A stretch of 64,000 bases of DNA from an uncultured Nitrospina sp. (GTDB taxonomy: Bacteria; Nitrospinota; Nitrospinia; Nitrospinales; VA-1), in the NCBI GenBank assembly GCA_964344595.1, contig CAYFNV010000002.1, positions 148,289 to 212,288 of the forward strand, given 5' to 3'. The notes under the pieces were generated by a model. It had not been told where the DNA came from and searched no databases. It saw nothing but the letters and a program-made list of their open reading frames with translations. Shown one piece after another: positions 29,334 to 38,921 of this stretch (position 1 is its first letter; every line of letters begins with the position of its first letter). A program made the position numbers and the translations under genes.

Positions 29334-31957
29334 GCACCGTTCCCCAAAAAGACTGCAATATAGACATTAATGGTAAAAAGGTTTCTGTCCCTGAGGGAAC
29401 AGTTATTCTTGAGGCCTGCAAACAGAATGATGTACCGGTTTCTAATCTCTGTTACAACAGAAAACTTAAACCATTTGCAGGTTGCCGAACCTGCATGGTT
29501 GAAACAGTGGTTGATGGCAAAAAAGAACTGGTCTATTCATGCACACAGCCAGTTTGCGATGGCATGGAAATCAAAACCGCAACTGAAGAGACTAATCGCT
29601 ACAATAAAGCCTGTCTTGAAATGTTACTGGTCGAACATCCTCTGGACTGCCCTATCTGTGATAAATCGGGAGTTTGTCCACTTCAGGACAACACAGATAT
29701 GCTGCAACTGTTCAATGGTCGGTTTGAAATCCAGAGACGAAACGAACCCAGCATCAAGACAAATCCTATCATAGAATTCTACCTCAACCGTTGCATCATG
29801 TGCGGATTGTGTGTTCGTGCTTGTGATGAAATTCAAGGGGTACAAGCCTTGGATTTTCACAAACGTGGTATGAGCGTTGGAATCGGTACAGCTAATGATG
29901 AACCCCTGGATTGTGAATTTTGTGGTCAATGTATAACAGTCTGCCCTACGGGTGCATTGATGGATATGACATCTCAGGCAAGAGGCCTGGCGGCCATGTT
30001 CACCAATACACATACTACCTGTAATTATTGTTCCTGGGGCTGTACCATCAAATTGGAAAGTAAAAAAGGACAAGTCGTCCGTATTGAAGCAGATGAAAGT
30101 TACAATGTTGGAATCAACGAAGGCAATCTCTGCGCAAAAGGTCGTTTGGGGCACGGCATCATTCACAACGACCAGCGAATTGACTCACCTCTGATGAACA
30201 TGGGGGGAAGTTTTCAAGAAGTAACTTGGGAAGAAGCCCTGAATACCATAGCAGACCGAATGCAGACAACGGTGAACCGTAGCGGAGCTGACAGTCTTGC
30301 TGGAATCGGATCAGAAAAGCTAACGAATGAAGAAAATTTTCTTTTTCAGAAACTGTTCCGAAGTCTGCTTGGTTCAAATCAAGTTACTAACCTTGCCAAT
30401 ATAAGGGCTCCTTTTCTAAATCAGTTCATGTTGAACTGTTTTGAAAATGGTATTACATCACAGCCTATCACCAAGCTTCAGGAAGCAGATGTGGTCCTTA
30501 TTTTCAACTCCGATCTACCCTCTGAGTATCCGGTAGGTGGAAACTCAATTCGTTTTGGAACTATCTTTAGCAATACAGATATTTTAATAGCCAATCCTCG
30601 AAAAGTGGTGTTTGACAGCAAAGCTAAAGTTGATGTTCGGATGACCTACAAGCATGGCTCCGATTTGGCCGTTGCTTCCAGGTTATCTCGCATTATCATT
30701 GATAATAATCTGGTTGATAAAGGTAAAGCACAATCTGCCATTCCCAATTACAACGAATGGGTACAGTCTTTATCCGAGTATACAGCTCAATCTGTTGAAC
30801 AAGTCACAGGTCTGCCTGATGATGTTCTCACCCGCGCCGCAGAAAGGTTTGCAAGAGATGCAGACCGTTTTGTCATTGTTGGAAATGATATTCTTGACAC
30901 GGGTCAAGGCGAAGAGGTTCTCAATGCCATTCTTAATCTTTGTACTCTGGTTCAGCATGGCAGTACTGGTAGTGTAAGTGTCTATCCTCCTAGAGAACAT
31001 TGCAACTCTCAGGGAGTTAACGATATGGGCTGCACTCCAGACTTTTTACCAGGTTATCAACCAATCAATGACTCTTCTGCTCTGGAAAGGTTTACTGGAG
31101 AATGGGGAGCCTTTTCTCTTGGGGAGTCGAATCTTGTTAGTGACTTATTTCAAAACTGTATAAACGGAGCACTAAAATTCCTTTATATCGCTGGAGAAGA
31201 CCCTGTCCAATCCTACTTTAAACCACAATTGGTTAAAGAGGCCCTACGAACCGTACCATTTTTGGTTGTTACTGATGTTTTTATGACCGATACTGCAAAG
31301 ATGGCGGACCTGATTCTTCCTGCATCAACTTTCGCAGAAAAAGAAGGAACCTATACAAATATGTCGCGGCATGTCCAGCGTTTAGCATCAGCTGTGATTC
31401 CTCAAGGAACCTCTAAACCAGATTTTGACATATTGGTTGAATTGGCAGACGCGTTGGGAAAACCATTTAAAAATACTGATATTTCAAGTGTTCAAAAGGA
31501 AATATCTAATGTCAGCCCAGCCTACAAAGGCGTTTTCCCAGGAGATGAATCTGTTCAATGGACACCGGACTCCACAAATATAACTCCAAAGTTTCATTGC
31601 AACAGCAATGTGGTTGGACAAAATAATAATGGAGAAGGCTATCCCTTCACATTACAAACAAATAACCACATGTTCCATATAGGAAGTTATACCCAACACG
31701 CCAAAGCATTGGTTGATATTGGACCTGAATGTATTGCTGAATTACATCCCGAAGATGCAAAAAGTTTGGGCGTTGGAACAGGTGATCAAATTCTTGTTGA
31801 GTCTTCAGCAGGTAAAGTAGAAGTAAAAGTCAGAACCAGTAGAGTGACCAACAGGGGAATGATATATATCCCCAAAAACTGGGTAAACGTTCCTGTCAGC
31901 TCATTGCGAAATGGGGAAGAAGGGTTAGTTAACGTAAAGATTACCAAAGCAGGGTAG
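29330..31957 (+). CDS. nuoG: NuoG-like 75-kDa Fe-S subunit with molybdopterin-oxidoreductase-fold C-terminus
   Basis: 875 aa. N-terminal 2Fe-2S, HPLDCPICDKSGVCPLQ (His-Cys3 cluster), CIMCGLCVRAC, CEFCGQCITVCP, CNYCSWGC...CAKG. I see no obvious catalytic Cys/Sec at the formate-dehydrogenase position. 4-nt overlap with nuoE. Confidence 0.75.
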   Translation: MSTVPQKDCNIDINGKKVSVPEGTVILEACKQNDVPVSNLCYNRKLKPFAGCRTCMVETVVDGKKELVYSCTQPVCDGMEIKTATEETNRYNKACLEMLLVEHPLDCPICDKSGVCPLQDNTDMLQLFNGRFEIQRRNEPSIKTNPIIEFYLNRCIMCGLCVRACDEIQGVQALDFHKRGMSVGIGTANDEPLDCEFCGQCITVCPTGALMDMTSQARGLAAMFTNTHTTCNYCSWGCTIKLESKKGQVVRIEADESYNVGINEGNLCAKGRLGHGIIHNDQRIDSPLMNMGGSFQEVTWEEALNTIADRMQTTVNRSGADSLAGIGSEKLTNEENFLFQKLFRSLLGSNQVTNLANIRAPFLNQFMLNCFENGITSQPITKLQEADVVLIFNSDLPSEYPVGGNSIRFGTIFSNTDILIANPRKVVFDSKAKVDVRMTYKHGSDLAVASRLSRIIIDNNLVDKGKAQSAIPNYNEWVQSLSEYTAQSVEQVTGLPDDVLTRAAERFARDADRFVIVGNDILDTGQGEEVLNAILNLCTLVQHGSTGSVSVYPPREHCNSQGVNDMGCTPDFLPGYQPINDSSALERFTGEWGAFSLGESNLVSDLFQNCINGALKFLYIAGEDPVQSYFKPQLVKEALRTVPFLVVTDVFMTDTAKMADLILPASTFAEKEGTYTNMSRHVQRLASAVIPQGTSKPDFDILVELADALGKPFKNTDISSVQKEISNVSPAYKGVFPGDESVQWTPDSTNITPKFHCNSNVVGQNNNGEGYPFTLQTNNHMFHIGSYTQHAKALVDIGPECIAELHPEDAKSLGVGTGDQILVESSAGKVEVKVRTSRVTNRGMIYIPKNWVNVPVSSLRNGEEGLVNVKITKAG

Positions 31958-31999
31958 GTCTAAATCAATTTTTCCAGGTTAACAGATTTATAAATCATT

Positions 32000-33190
32000 A
32001 TGGCAGACTTAAAAGAAAATTTACATACCGATCATATGGTCCTGAATATGGGACCTTCGCACCCGGCCACACATGGGACGGTAAAGTTTCTCCTGACGCT
32101 TGATGGAGAAACCGTGGTCAACCTGGAAACCGAAATTGGTTATCTGCACCGCGGATTCGAAAAAATGTGCGAAAGCGTGACCTATTCGAATGTATTCCCT
32201 TATACGGACAGGTTGAACTATTGTTCTGCCATAATGAATAATATTGGCTTTGCACTTGCTGTAGAAAAACTCTGCGATATTGAAATTACTGAACGGTGCA
32301 AATACATTCGTGTGGTCACTAATGAACTTGCAAGAATTTCAGATCATTACACCAACATTGCTGCTGCTGCACTTGAACTAGGAGCATTGACAGCATTTAT
32401 ATATTTTGTTGAAGCCCGTGAAATTGTTTGGGATTTATTAGAAAAGGTTTGTGGTGCCCGCCTGACCTCAAACTACATCCGCATTGGAGGGCTGATGTGT
32501 GACTTGCCTCTGGGTTTTGATGAAGACCTCAAGGCTACTTATCCCAAACTCGACTCATTGTTCGATGACGTGGACTACCTTCTGACCAAGAACAGGATAT
32601 TCCTGGACCGTATGCAGGATACAGGAGCTATCCCAGTAGAAAGTGCTATCTCATGGGGCTTTACCGGTCCCTGCCTGCGTGCAAGCGGAGTCGATTACGA
32701 TGTCCGAAAAAATCATCCATATCTTTGCTATGATAAAATTGACTTTGACATTCCATTAGGTAAAACCGGCGACAACTTTGATCGCTACCTGGTACGAATG
32801 GAAGAAATCAAACAAAGCTTTAGAATCATTAAACAGGCAATGAGAGACATGCCAGATGGCCCAATTAATGTTGCCAACCCCTATTTAAGGAATCCGGCCA
32901 AGCCTGATGTGTATTCACGGATGGAAGAAATGATCGCCCATTTCAAAATGGTTATTGATGGACTTAAGCCACCAGTTGGAGAGGTCTATTTCCCAACCGA
33001 AGCCGCAAACGGTGAGTTGGGTTTCTACCTGGTAAGCGATGGTTCAGGAAAACCCTATAAGTGTCGTGTTCGCCCCCCCTGTTTCACCATGACTTCCGCA
33101 ATGGGTGAAATGTGTACGGGTGGAATGCTTGCCGATATCATTCCTACCTTCGACATGATAAATATGATAGGCGGAGAGTGCGACAGGTAA
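32000..33190 (+). CDS. nuoD: NADH-quinone oxidoreductase 49-kDa subunit NuoD
   Basis: 396 aa. LNMGPSHPATHG, EIGYLHRGFEK, C-terminal ...MIGGECDR. Confidence 0.85.
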   Translation: MADLKENLHTDHMVLNMGPSHPATHGTVKFLLTLDGETVVNLETEIGYLHRGFEKMCESVTYSNVFPYTDRLNYCSAIMNNIGFALAVEKLCDIEITERCKYIRVVTNELARISDHYTNIAAAALELGALTAFIYFVEAREIVWDLLEKVCGARLTSNYIRIGGLMCDLPLGFDEDLKATYPKLDSLFDDVDYLLTKNRIFLDRMQDTGAIPVESAISWGFTGPCLRASGVDYDVRKNHPYLCYDKIDFDIPLGKTGDNFDRYLVRMEEIKQSFRIIKQAMRDMPDGPINVANPYLRNPAKPDVYSRMEEMIAHFKMVIDGLKPPVGEVYFPTEAANGELGFYLVSDGSGKPYKCRVRPPCFTMTSAMGEMCTGGMLADIIPTFDMINMIGGECDR

Positions 33191-33251
33191 TCACAGCCTC
33201 AGCATTCATCACCCCTTTCCCATTTCTACCTGCTCCTCCTACACTCCATTT

Positions 33252-34247
33252 ATGACTAAATTTATAAAGCTGGCTTTTCTTATATTAGGATGCCTGCTTT
33301 TAGGTTGGGCCATCAATACCGTTGACCTGGAAACCATCCCGAGTCTTCTTAAACAACTCGGAGGGGGATTTCTAGTCGTCCTGATTTTATACGCTGGGGT
33401 TACATGGCTGGATACGCTTTCCTGGAAATGTAATTTTCGTCCTGAAGAAACTGAGCTCTTTACAAATTGGGAATTATGGCGGATCCGGCAAATTGGTGAA
33501 GCTTATAATGTAATCACTCCACTTGGAACATTAGGTGGCGAACCTTTAAAAGCTCAACTTCTAAAAGAACATCAGGGACTCAGTTTACGTCAGGCAATCT
33601 CTTCCCAAATCATTTCCAAAACTACTTTTCTAACAGGATTGATCCTGTTCTTTATCCCCGGGATAATTATGATCTTGAACTCTTCTATAATTTCTGATGA
33701 GTTCAAAATGATAAGTCTTGTTGGAATGGGGGTACTTTCAACCTGTATTTTTTTGTTTTTCGTTTTTCAGCTCACAGGAATCCTTGGGAAAATATGTCAC
33801 TGGTTTGGCCAAAAGACCAACATGCCGAATCTGAAACATAATCTGAAAAAAATTGAGCATCTAAATACGCTTTTCTCAGGTTTTTATCGTCTGTACCCAG
33901 GCAGAGTGATCAAGGCTGTTGTGTTGGCTTTTCTCGGATGGATACTAGGACTGGGACAAATGTATGCAATCCTTTATTTTCTTGGTTTTCAAGTCAGCTT
34001 TTATGAATTATGGATCATGGAATCACTTGCCCAATTGGTGAAAATAGGTAGTTTCATGATTCCACTGAGTATCGGTGCTCTTGAAGGAGGATTGATTTTA
34101 ATATTTACGTCAATGGGTTACCCGGCAAACCTGGGGTTAACTGTGTCGCTAGTTGCAAGGATTAAAGATTTAATCTGGGTAGGGTTGGGATTGGCATTAG
34201 ATGGGAAAATGAACCTCAACACCAGGCGTAGGACCAATGAACAATAG
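33252..34247 (+). CDS. Integral membrane protein, UPF0104 / lysyl-PG-synthase-TM (flippase-like) family
   Basis: 331 aa, about 8 TM helices. GEAYNVITPLGTLGGEPLKAQLL resembles the family core. Assignment by eye. Confidence 0.5.
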   Translation: MTKFIKLAFLILGCLLLGWAINTVDLETIPSLLKQLGGGFLVVLILYAGVTWLDTLSWKCNFRPEETELFTNWELWRIRQIGEAYNVITPLGTLGGEPLKAQLLKEHQGLSLRQAISSQIISKTTFLTGLILFFIPGIIMILNSSIISDEFKMISLVGMGVLSTCIFLFFVFQLTGILGKICHWFGQKTNMPNLKHNLKKIEHLNTLFSGFYRLYPGRVIKAVVLAFLGWILGLGQMYAILYFLGFQVSFYELWIMESLAQLVKIGSFMIPLSIGALEGGLILIFTSMGYPANLGLTVSLVARIKDLIWVGLGLALDGKMNLNTRRRTNEQ

Positions 34248-34305
34248 CTTTATCTAGCGAACAAACATTCTTCTCAGCTAAAAAAAGTTTGCTATTAACC
34301 TCGGG

Positions 34306-34740
34306 CTAGAATGTATCTCTGGAGACTCCACGGTCACGCCCTCTTCCACCCGGAGTTCTACCTAAGGATGTAGTAAAAACATCTCCTTGTTGAACCAGAC
34401 CATCATGTTTTGTGCGAATAGTTCCAATTCTGTTTTTCTCAATTTCTTTAGCCGCTTCGTCAATCAGATCCTCTTCTTTTTTAGCAGCTTTGGTAGCTGG
34501 CTTAGACCCATCTTTATCAGCATTACCCGTAGATTCTGAATTCGCAGATGCTTCTGAGGTTTCAGCATTGGCCCCATCAGAAGATTCTTCATCAAGTTCT
34601 TCGGCTTCTTTCATGGAGCTTTTAAAGTTCTTAATACTCCTCCCAAACGCAGAACCAATCTCAGGCAACTTTCCAGCCCCAAAAATAATCATAATAATGA
34701 CCAGAATTACCATTAACTCAGGAAAACCTATTCCCATCAT
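34306..34740 (-). CDS. tatA: Twin-arginine translocase subunit TatA/E with long C-terminal tail
   Basis: 144 aa. [40 protein letters not shown] is the TM helix plus amphipathic helix. About 100 further low-complexity residues follow. Confidence 0.8.
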   Translation of the reverse strand: MMGIGFPELMVILVIIMIIFGAGKLPEIGSAFGRSIKNFKSSMKEAEELDEESSDGANAETSEASANSESTGNADKDGSKPATKAAKKEEDLIDEAAKEIEKNRIGTIRTKHDGLVQQGDVFTTSLGRTPGGRGRDRGVSRDTF

Positions 34741-34903
34741 AAAATTTTTCTCCTTTTGACTGATCAGAATAGAGCCAGTCTATCAAAATAAATGCTGAAT
34801 TGACAGGTATTTACTCTATTACCTGTCAGGAAATAAGCAAAAAAAAGAACAACAACCTATGAGATCGATCCGACCAGTAATTGAAAAATTACTCACCGGT
34901 AGC

Positions 34904-34940
34904 AAAATTTAAACGGGAACCCGAAGAACCCCAGGTTCCC
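34904..34940 (-). terminator. Candidate intrinsic terminator after the His-rich protein gene
   Basis: On the minus strand, GGGAACC - 12-nt loop - GGTTCCC (34915-34940) followed by GTTTAAATTTT. Lies 22 nt past the stop at 34963. Confidence 0.4.
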
Positions 34941-34962
34941 GGCCAAATCATTGAAAACTGTT

Positions 34963-35322
34963 CTAGTGCCCTAAATGTCCCTTTAAAATGGGAGACTCCA
35001 GTATCTTTTTATTTCCCTTAGCGAGTTCTTTGGCCTTCGCAAAGTGCTTGGTAGCCGCACCATGGTCACCTAATTTATCCAATGCAACAGCCTCATTGAA
35101 ATGAATTTCTGCTATTGAACTGTCTTCTGCAGCAGCTTCTCTGAAATGCTTCAGTGCTTCCTCAGCATGCCCCATTCCCCAATGCTTAATCCCCGCTTTA
35201 TTATGCATATCAGCACCAGCATGGGAACCCGCAGGTAGTTCCATAGGCCCTTCACCAGCAACAACAGTAAGAGGAAAAGAAATCAGAAATAAGGCAAACA
35301 AAACTGAAATTACGGTTCGCAT
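34963..35322 (-). CDS. Small secreted His-rich protein with TPR-like helices
   Basis: 119 aa from ATG 35322 (GGGAG 7 nt upstream; the track start 35352 is 10 codons further up). Signal peptide MRTVISVLFALFLISFPLTVVA. Many His residues (HAGADMHNKAGIKHWGMGH, ...KGHLGH). Confidence 0.6.
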   Translation of the reverse strand: MRTVISVLFALFLISFPLTVVAGEGPMELPAGSHAGADMHNKAGIKHWGMGHAEEALKHFREAAAEDSSIAEIHFNEAVALDKLGDHGAATKHFAKAKELAKGNKKILESPILKGHLGH

Positions 35323-35517
35323 ATCATAACTCCCAAAATAATAAGTTTTCAATTACCTATAAATATTGTACCAAGCATAATCTAATTTAGCATATTTATA
35401 GGTTCAAATTGAATCTCATAAAGCGCTACTGTAATATTTGACCCTGCCTGACAATAAGTTTATGATAAAATGCTTTTGATAAAGTATTGTATTTGATGAT
35501 TTTTTACCTATTTTTTG

Positions 35518-36012
35518 ATGTCTGACGAAAAAAGTATTGATATAGAAAAGTTAGTTGCAGATAAAACAGTCAAGGGAGTGGTAGATGTAAGACTCGAGTT
35601 GGAAAACAAAAAACTCGGGGATGGAGAAATTGCTCACCTGGCCAGTATGGAAAACCTGTCTGAAGTGACCCACTTGGAGTTGGGTGAAAACAGCATCAGT
35701 GATTCAGGTATATCAGCACTTTGCCAGTCCCCTTACATAAAAAAATTAAAATCGCTAAATTTAAAATCTAATAATCTTACTGAAGCAGGAGCGCAACACT
35801 TAGCCAACGCATCCAACCTGGCACAGTTGGAACAACTGATTTTAAAGTTTAACCGAATAGGTGAAGAAGGGGCAAAATATTTAGCAGAATCAGACAATCT
35901 TGTTAACCTGACAACCCTGGATCTTTTTCGTAACCGAATTGGCGAAACAGGTGCTAAAGCTATTAAATCCTCTAAAAATTTTAAAAGGGTGAGCCGTCTC
36001 AGGCTCGACTAA
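35518..36012 (+). CDS. Leucine-rich repeat protein (RNI-type 28-residue repeats)
   Basis: About 164 aa from ATG 35518 (the track uses TTG 35515). Repeats L.L..N.I.D.G..AL......L..L. Confidence 0.7.
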   Translation: MSDEKSIDIEKLVADKTVKGVVDVRLELENKKLGDGEIAHLASMENLSEVTHLELGENSISDSGISALCQSPYIKKLKSLNLKSNNLTEAGAQHLANASNLAQLEQLILKFNRIGEEGAKYLAESDNLVNLTTLDLFRNRIGETGAKAIKSSKNFKRVSRLRLD

Positions 36013-36018
36013 CTACGA

Positions 36019-36441
36019 ATGGACTTATCCAGAGCCTATCCCCGCAGTCCAAAAGTAAAGATGGCCGGTTTGGTCCAGTTGGCAAGAATGATAGACAAAG
36101 CCCGGGCCTTTAAGGAGAACAAAATTGCAGATTATATTTACCCTTGCCCGCTGGATAAAATTATCTTGAACTTCCTACATATTGATTCCGATGCATTTGC
36201 AAATAAAGCAGTGGAATGTGGAGATGATGAAATATGTGCGTGGTCCGAGGATCTGGTTAAAAATAAAAGATCCGAAGAGATTGATTTTATTAACGATCAG
36301 ATTCTTGAACGACGGCCTGATTCAGAGGATCGACTAAAATACTTTAATGAAGTTCGCAACAGGATTGATCCCTCCAGGAAAGACATCAGCACATGGGTCG
36401 ACCTACTAGATCTCGAAGAAGGTCGCTTACCAACAAAATAA
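36019..36441 (+). CDS. Hypothetical protein (DUF5069-like by recollection)
   Basis: 140 aa. YPRSPKVKMAGLVQLARMIDKARA...DYIYPCPLDKIILNFL. Lies 6 nt after the LRR gene. Confidence 0.55.
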   Translation: MDLSRAYPRSPKVKMAGLVQLARMIDKARAFKENKIADYIYPCPLDKIILNFLHIDSDAFANKAVECGDDEICAWSEDLVKNKRSEEIDFINDQILERRPDSEDRLKYFNEVRNRIDPSRKDISTWVDLLDLEEGRLPTK

Positions 36442-36516
36442 TTTCTTTCACTATTTTTAACCTGTGCAATAACTACTCCTTTTTCCAAAAAATCATTCCC
36501 CGTTTAACGAAAAAAA

Positions 36517-38904
36517 ATGAAAAAATCACTTAAAAACCAGAAACCCGCCAGATCAAAAAAGAAAAAGGAACGTTCCAGGTTTGTAAAGATTTTCCTGATA
36601 ACGTTTTATTCCCTCACCCTTTTTGGTTTGGTAGCGGGCTTTATCGGGGCAGGATTCATATATTTTCACTACTCTAAAGATCTCCCTGATGTTCGTGAAT
36701 TAAAGAATTATCATCCAAGCACCATCACCCAAATTTATTCAAACGGGGATGAAAAAATTGCCGAGTTCTATATTGAAAAGCGTATCATGACCCCGCTTGA
36801 AGATATACCGCTGGCCTTGAAACAAGCTGCTCTGGCAGTTGAAGATTCTAACTTTTATTATCATTTCGGCATTGATCCAAAGGCTATTTTCAGAGCTTTT
36901 ATAACCAACCTCAAAGCTGGACACGTGGTTGAAGGTGGCAGCACAATCACCCAGCAATTATCTAAAACTCTGTTTCTATCACGTGAACGCACATTAACCA
37001 GAAAAATCAAGGAAGCTATCCTGGCTGTCAGGCTGGAACTGGTATTTACAAAAGATGAGATACTCGAAATGTATCTCAACCAGATTTATTATGGACATGG
37101 TAGTTACGGAGTAGAAGCAGCGTCCCGCACTTACTTTGGTAAAAGTGTTAAGGAAATTTCTATTGCAGAATGCGCCATGATTGCAAGCCTACCAAAGGCC
37201 CCCAATCACTACTCGCCTTATAAGGATCCGGAGCGAGCAAGGAAAAGAAGAAACCATACTATTCGAAGAATGGCCTACCTTTCATTTATTACAAAAGAAG
37301 AATCAGAACAGGCCATGAATGAGGAGTTTCACCTTGGTGAAGTTACAAACATGCTCAATAGAGCACCTTATTTTGTGGAACATATTCGCCAGTTTCTTCA
37401 GGAGGAGTATGGAAGCAACAAGCTTTATCGAGGGGGCTTAAAAGTTTATACAACTCTGGATATTGATCTTCAGGAATCCGCCCAGAAAGCTATCATAGAA
37501 AACTTAAGAGTCGCAGACAAACGCTATGGATATCGAGGCCCAATAAGCAAGCTCTATCTTTCAAAAGGAGAACTGGCCTTACAAGAGGCCCTTGTAAAAT
37601 TAAACAGTTTTGACAAAGGAGAAAGTATTACCGAAGGGAAAATTATCAAAGGTGTGGTTTTGTCAGTGGGTGAAAAACAGGCAGAGGTTCTCTTGGGCCC
37701 AGATCAGGGCACCATTGATATTCTTGACATGAACTGGGCAAGACCACCCAATACCCGGCTGGATGGGAAATGGAGTAAGATACAAAGACCCGGACAAGCT
37801 CTTTCTCCTGGTGATTTAATCTGGGTAAAACCTATAAGGCTTAATGATAACGGCTGGGCACTTTCCTTGGAACAGGAACCTGAAGTAGAAGGGAGCCTTG
37901 TAAGTCTTGACCCTAAAACCGGCCAGATCAAGGCAATGGTAGGAGGTTATGATTTTTCGAAAAGCCAGTTTAATAGAGCCGTGCAAGCTATTCGACAACC
38001 TGGCTCTGCTTTTAAACCTATAATTTATGCCGCCGCTATCAATGAGGGGTATTCCCCTTCAAGCATCATCATAGACTCTCCAATCATTTTTAAAGAAAAA
38101 GAAGACGCTTTCGACAAATGGAAACCTGTAAATTTTGAGGAAAAGTTTTACGGTCCCACATCGCTTAGAACCGCCCTCACACACTCTCGAAATGTTGTAA
38201 CGGTTAAACTTATGCAGAATATCGGGATAAAAGGAACCATCAGACTGGCAAAAAAACTGGGTATCTCCAGTAATATGGAACAAAACCTTTCAATTTCACT
38301 GGGTTCTTCAGGATTAACATTGTTTGAACTAACATCTGCATACTCGGCGTTTGCCAATAACGGTAATTTGATCAAACCCAGTGCGATCAGAAATATACAA
38401 AACCGGAAAGGAGAAATCTTATATACATCTAATCCTGAAGTGACTCAACCAATTTCACCAGCCGTTGCTTATATCATAACAAGCTTATTACAAAGTGTCG
38501 TAGAACACGGGACAGGAAAAAAGGTCAAAGTATTAAACAGGCCTGTGGCAGGTAAAACAGGCACAACCAATAATTACGTAGACGCCTGGTTCATGGGGTA
38601 CACCCCAGAACTAGTAACAGGAGTATGGGTAGGTAAAGATAAAGATGAGCCTTTAGGTAGAAATGAAACAGGATCGCGGGCAGCAATACCAATATGGCTA
38701 CAATTCATGCAAGACGCCCTTGTCAATAAGCCTGTAACAAATTTTCAGGTCCCACGAAATATCCAATATTTAAGAGTCCAACCAGAAACTGGTGAACCAG
38801 CATCCTTTAACGAACCCGGCTCCACGTTCGAAATTTTTTCTCAAAGCCACCTTCCTGATAATGAAGAACCTTTTTACGAAGATTCGTTTGAAGATACTTT
38901 TTGA
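36517..38904 (+). CDS. mrcA: Class A penicillin-binding protein (PBP1A type, glycosyltransferase plus transpeptidase)
   Basis: 795 aa. N-terminal TM anchor. GT51 motifs EDSNFYYHFGID and GGSTITQQL. Transpeptidase motifs SAFK, SRN, KTGTT. Confidence 0.9.
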   Translation: MKKSLKNQKPARSKKKKERSRFVKIFLITFYSLTLFGLVAGFIGAGFIYFHYSKDLPDVRELKNYHPSTITQIYSNGDEKIAEFYIEKRIMTPLEDIPLALKQAALAVEDSNFYYHFGIDPKAIFRAFITNLKAGHVVEGGSTITQQLSKTLFLSRERTLTRKIKEAILAVRLELVFTKDEILEMYLNQIYYGHGSYGVEAASRTYFGKSVKEISIAECAMIASLPKAPNHYSPYKDPERARKRRNHTIRRMAYLSFITKEESEQAMNEEFHLGEVTNMLNRAPYFVEHIRQFLQEEYGSNKLYRGGLKVYTTLDIDLQESAQKAIIENLRVADKRYGYRGPISKLYLSKGELALQEALVKLNSFDKGESITEGKIIKGVVLSVGEKQAEVLLGPDQGTIDILDMNWARPPNTRLDGKWSKIQRPGQALSPGDLIWVKPIRLNDNGWALSLEQEPEVEGSLVSLDPKTGQIKAMVGGYDFSKSQFNRAVQAIRQPGSAFKPIIYAAAINEGYSPSSIIIDSPIIFKEKEDAFDKWKPVNFEEKFYGPTSLRTALTHSRNVVTVKLMQNIGIKGTIRLAKKLGISSNMEQNLSISLGSSGLTLFELTSAYSAFANNGNLIKPSAIRNIQNRKGEILYTSNPEVTQPISPAVAYIITSLLQSVVEHGTGKKVKVLNRPVAGKTGTTNNYVDAWFMGYTPELVTGVWVGKDKDEPLGRNETGSRAAIPIWLQFMQDALVNKPVTNFQVPRNIQYLRVQPETGEPASFNEPGSTFEIFSQSHLPDNEEPFYEDSFEDTF

Positions 38905-38921
38905 GATTAATATTTGAATAT

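Noticed and set aside
29624-30166. 180-aa antisense ORF inside nuoG. Similar long antisense or out-of-frame track ORFs occur at 12145-12630, 16122-16550, 11495-12033, 51539-52114, 55906-56361 and 8488-8865.
   Set aside because: All lie entirely within strongly supported genes on the other strand or in another frame. They have low-complexity or Cys/Arg/Ser-rich translations with no motifs and no SD. They are typical shadow ORFs.
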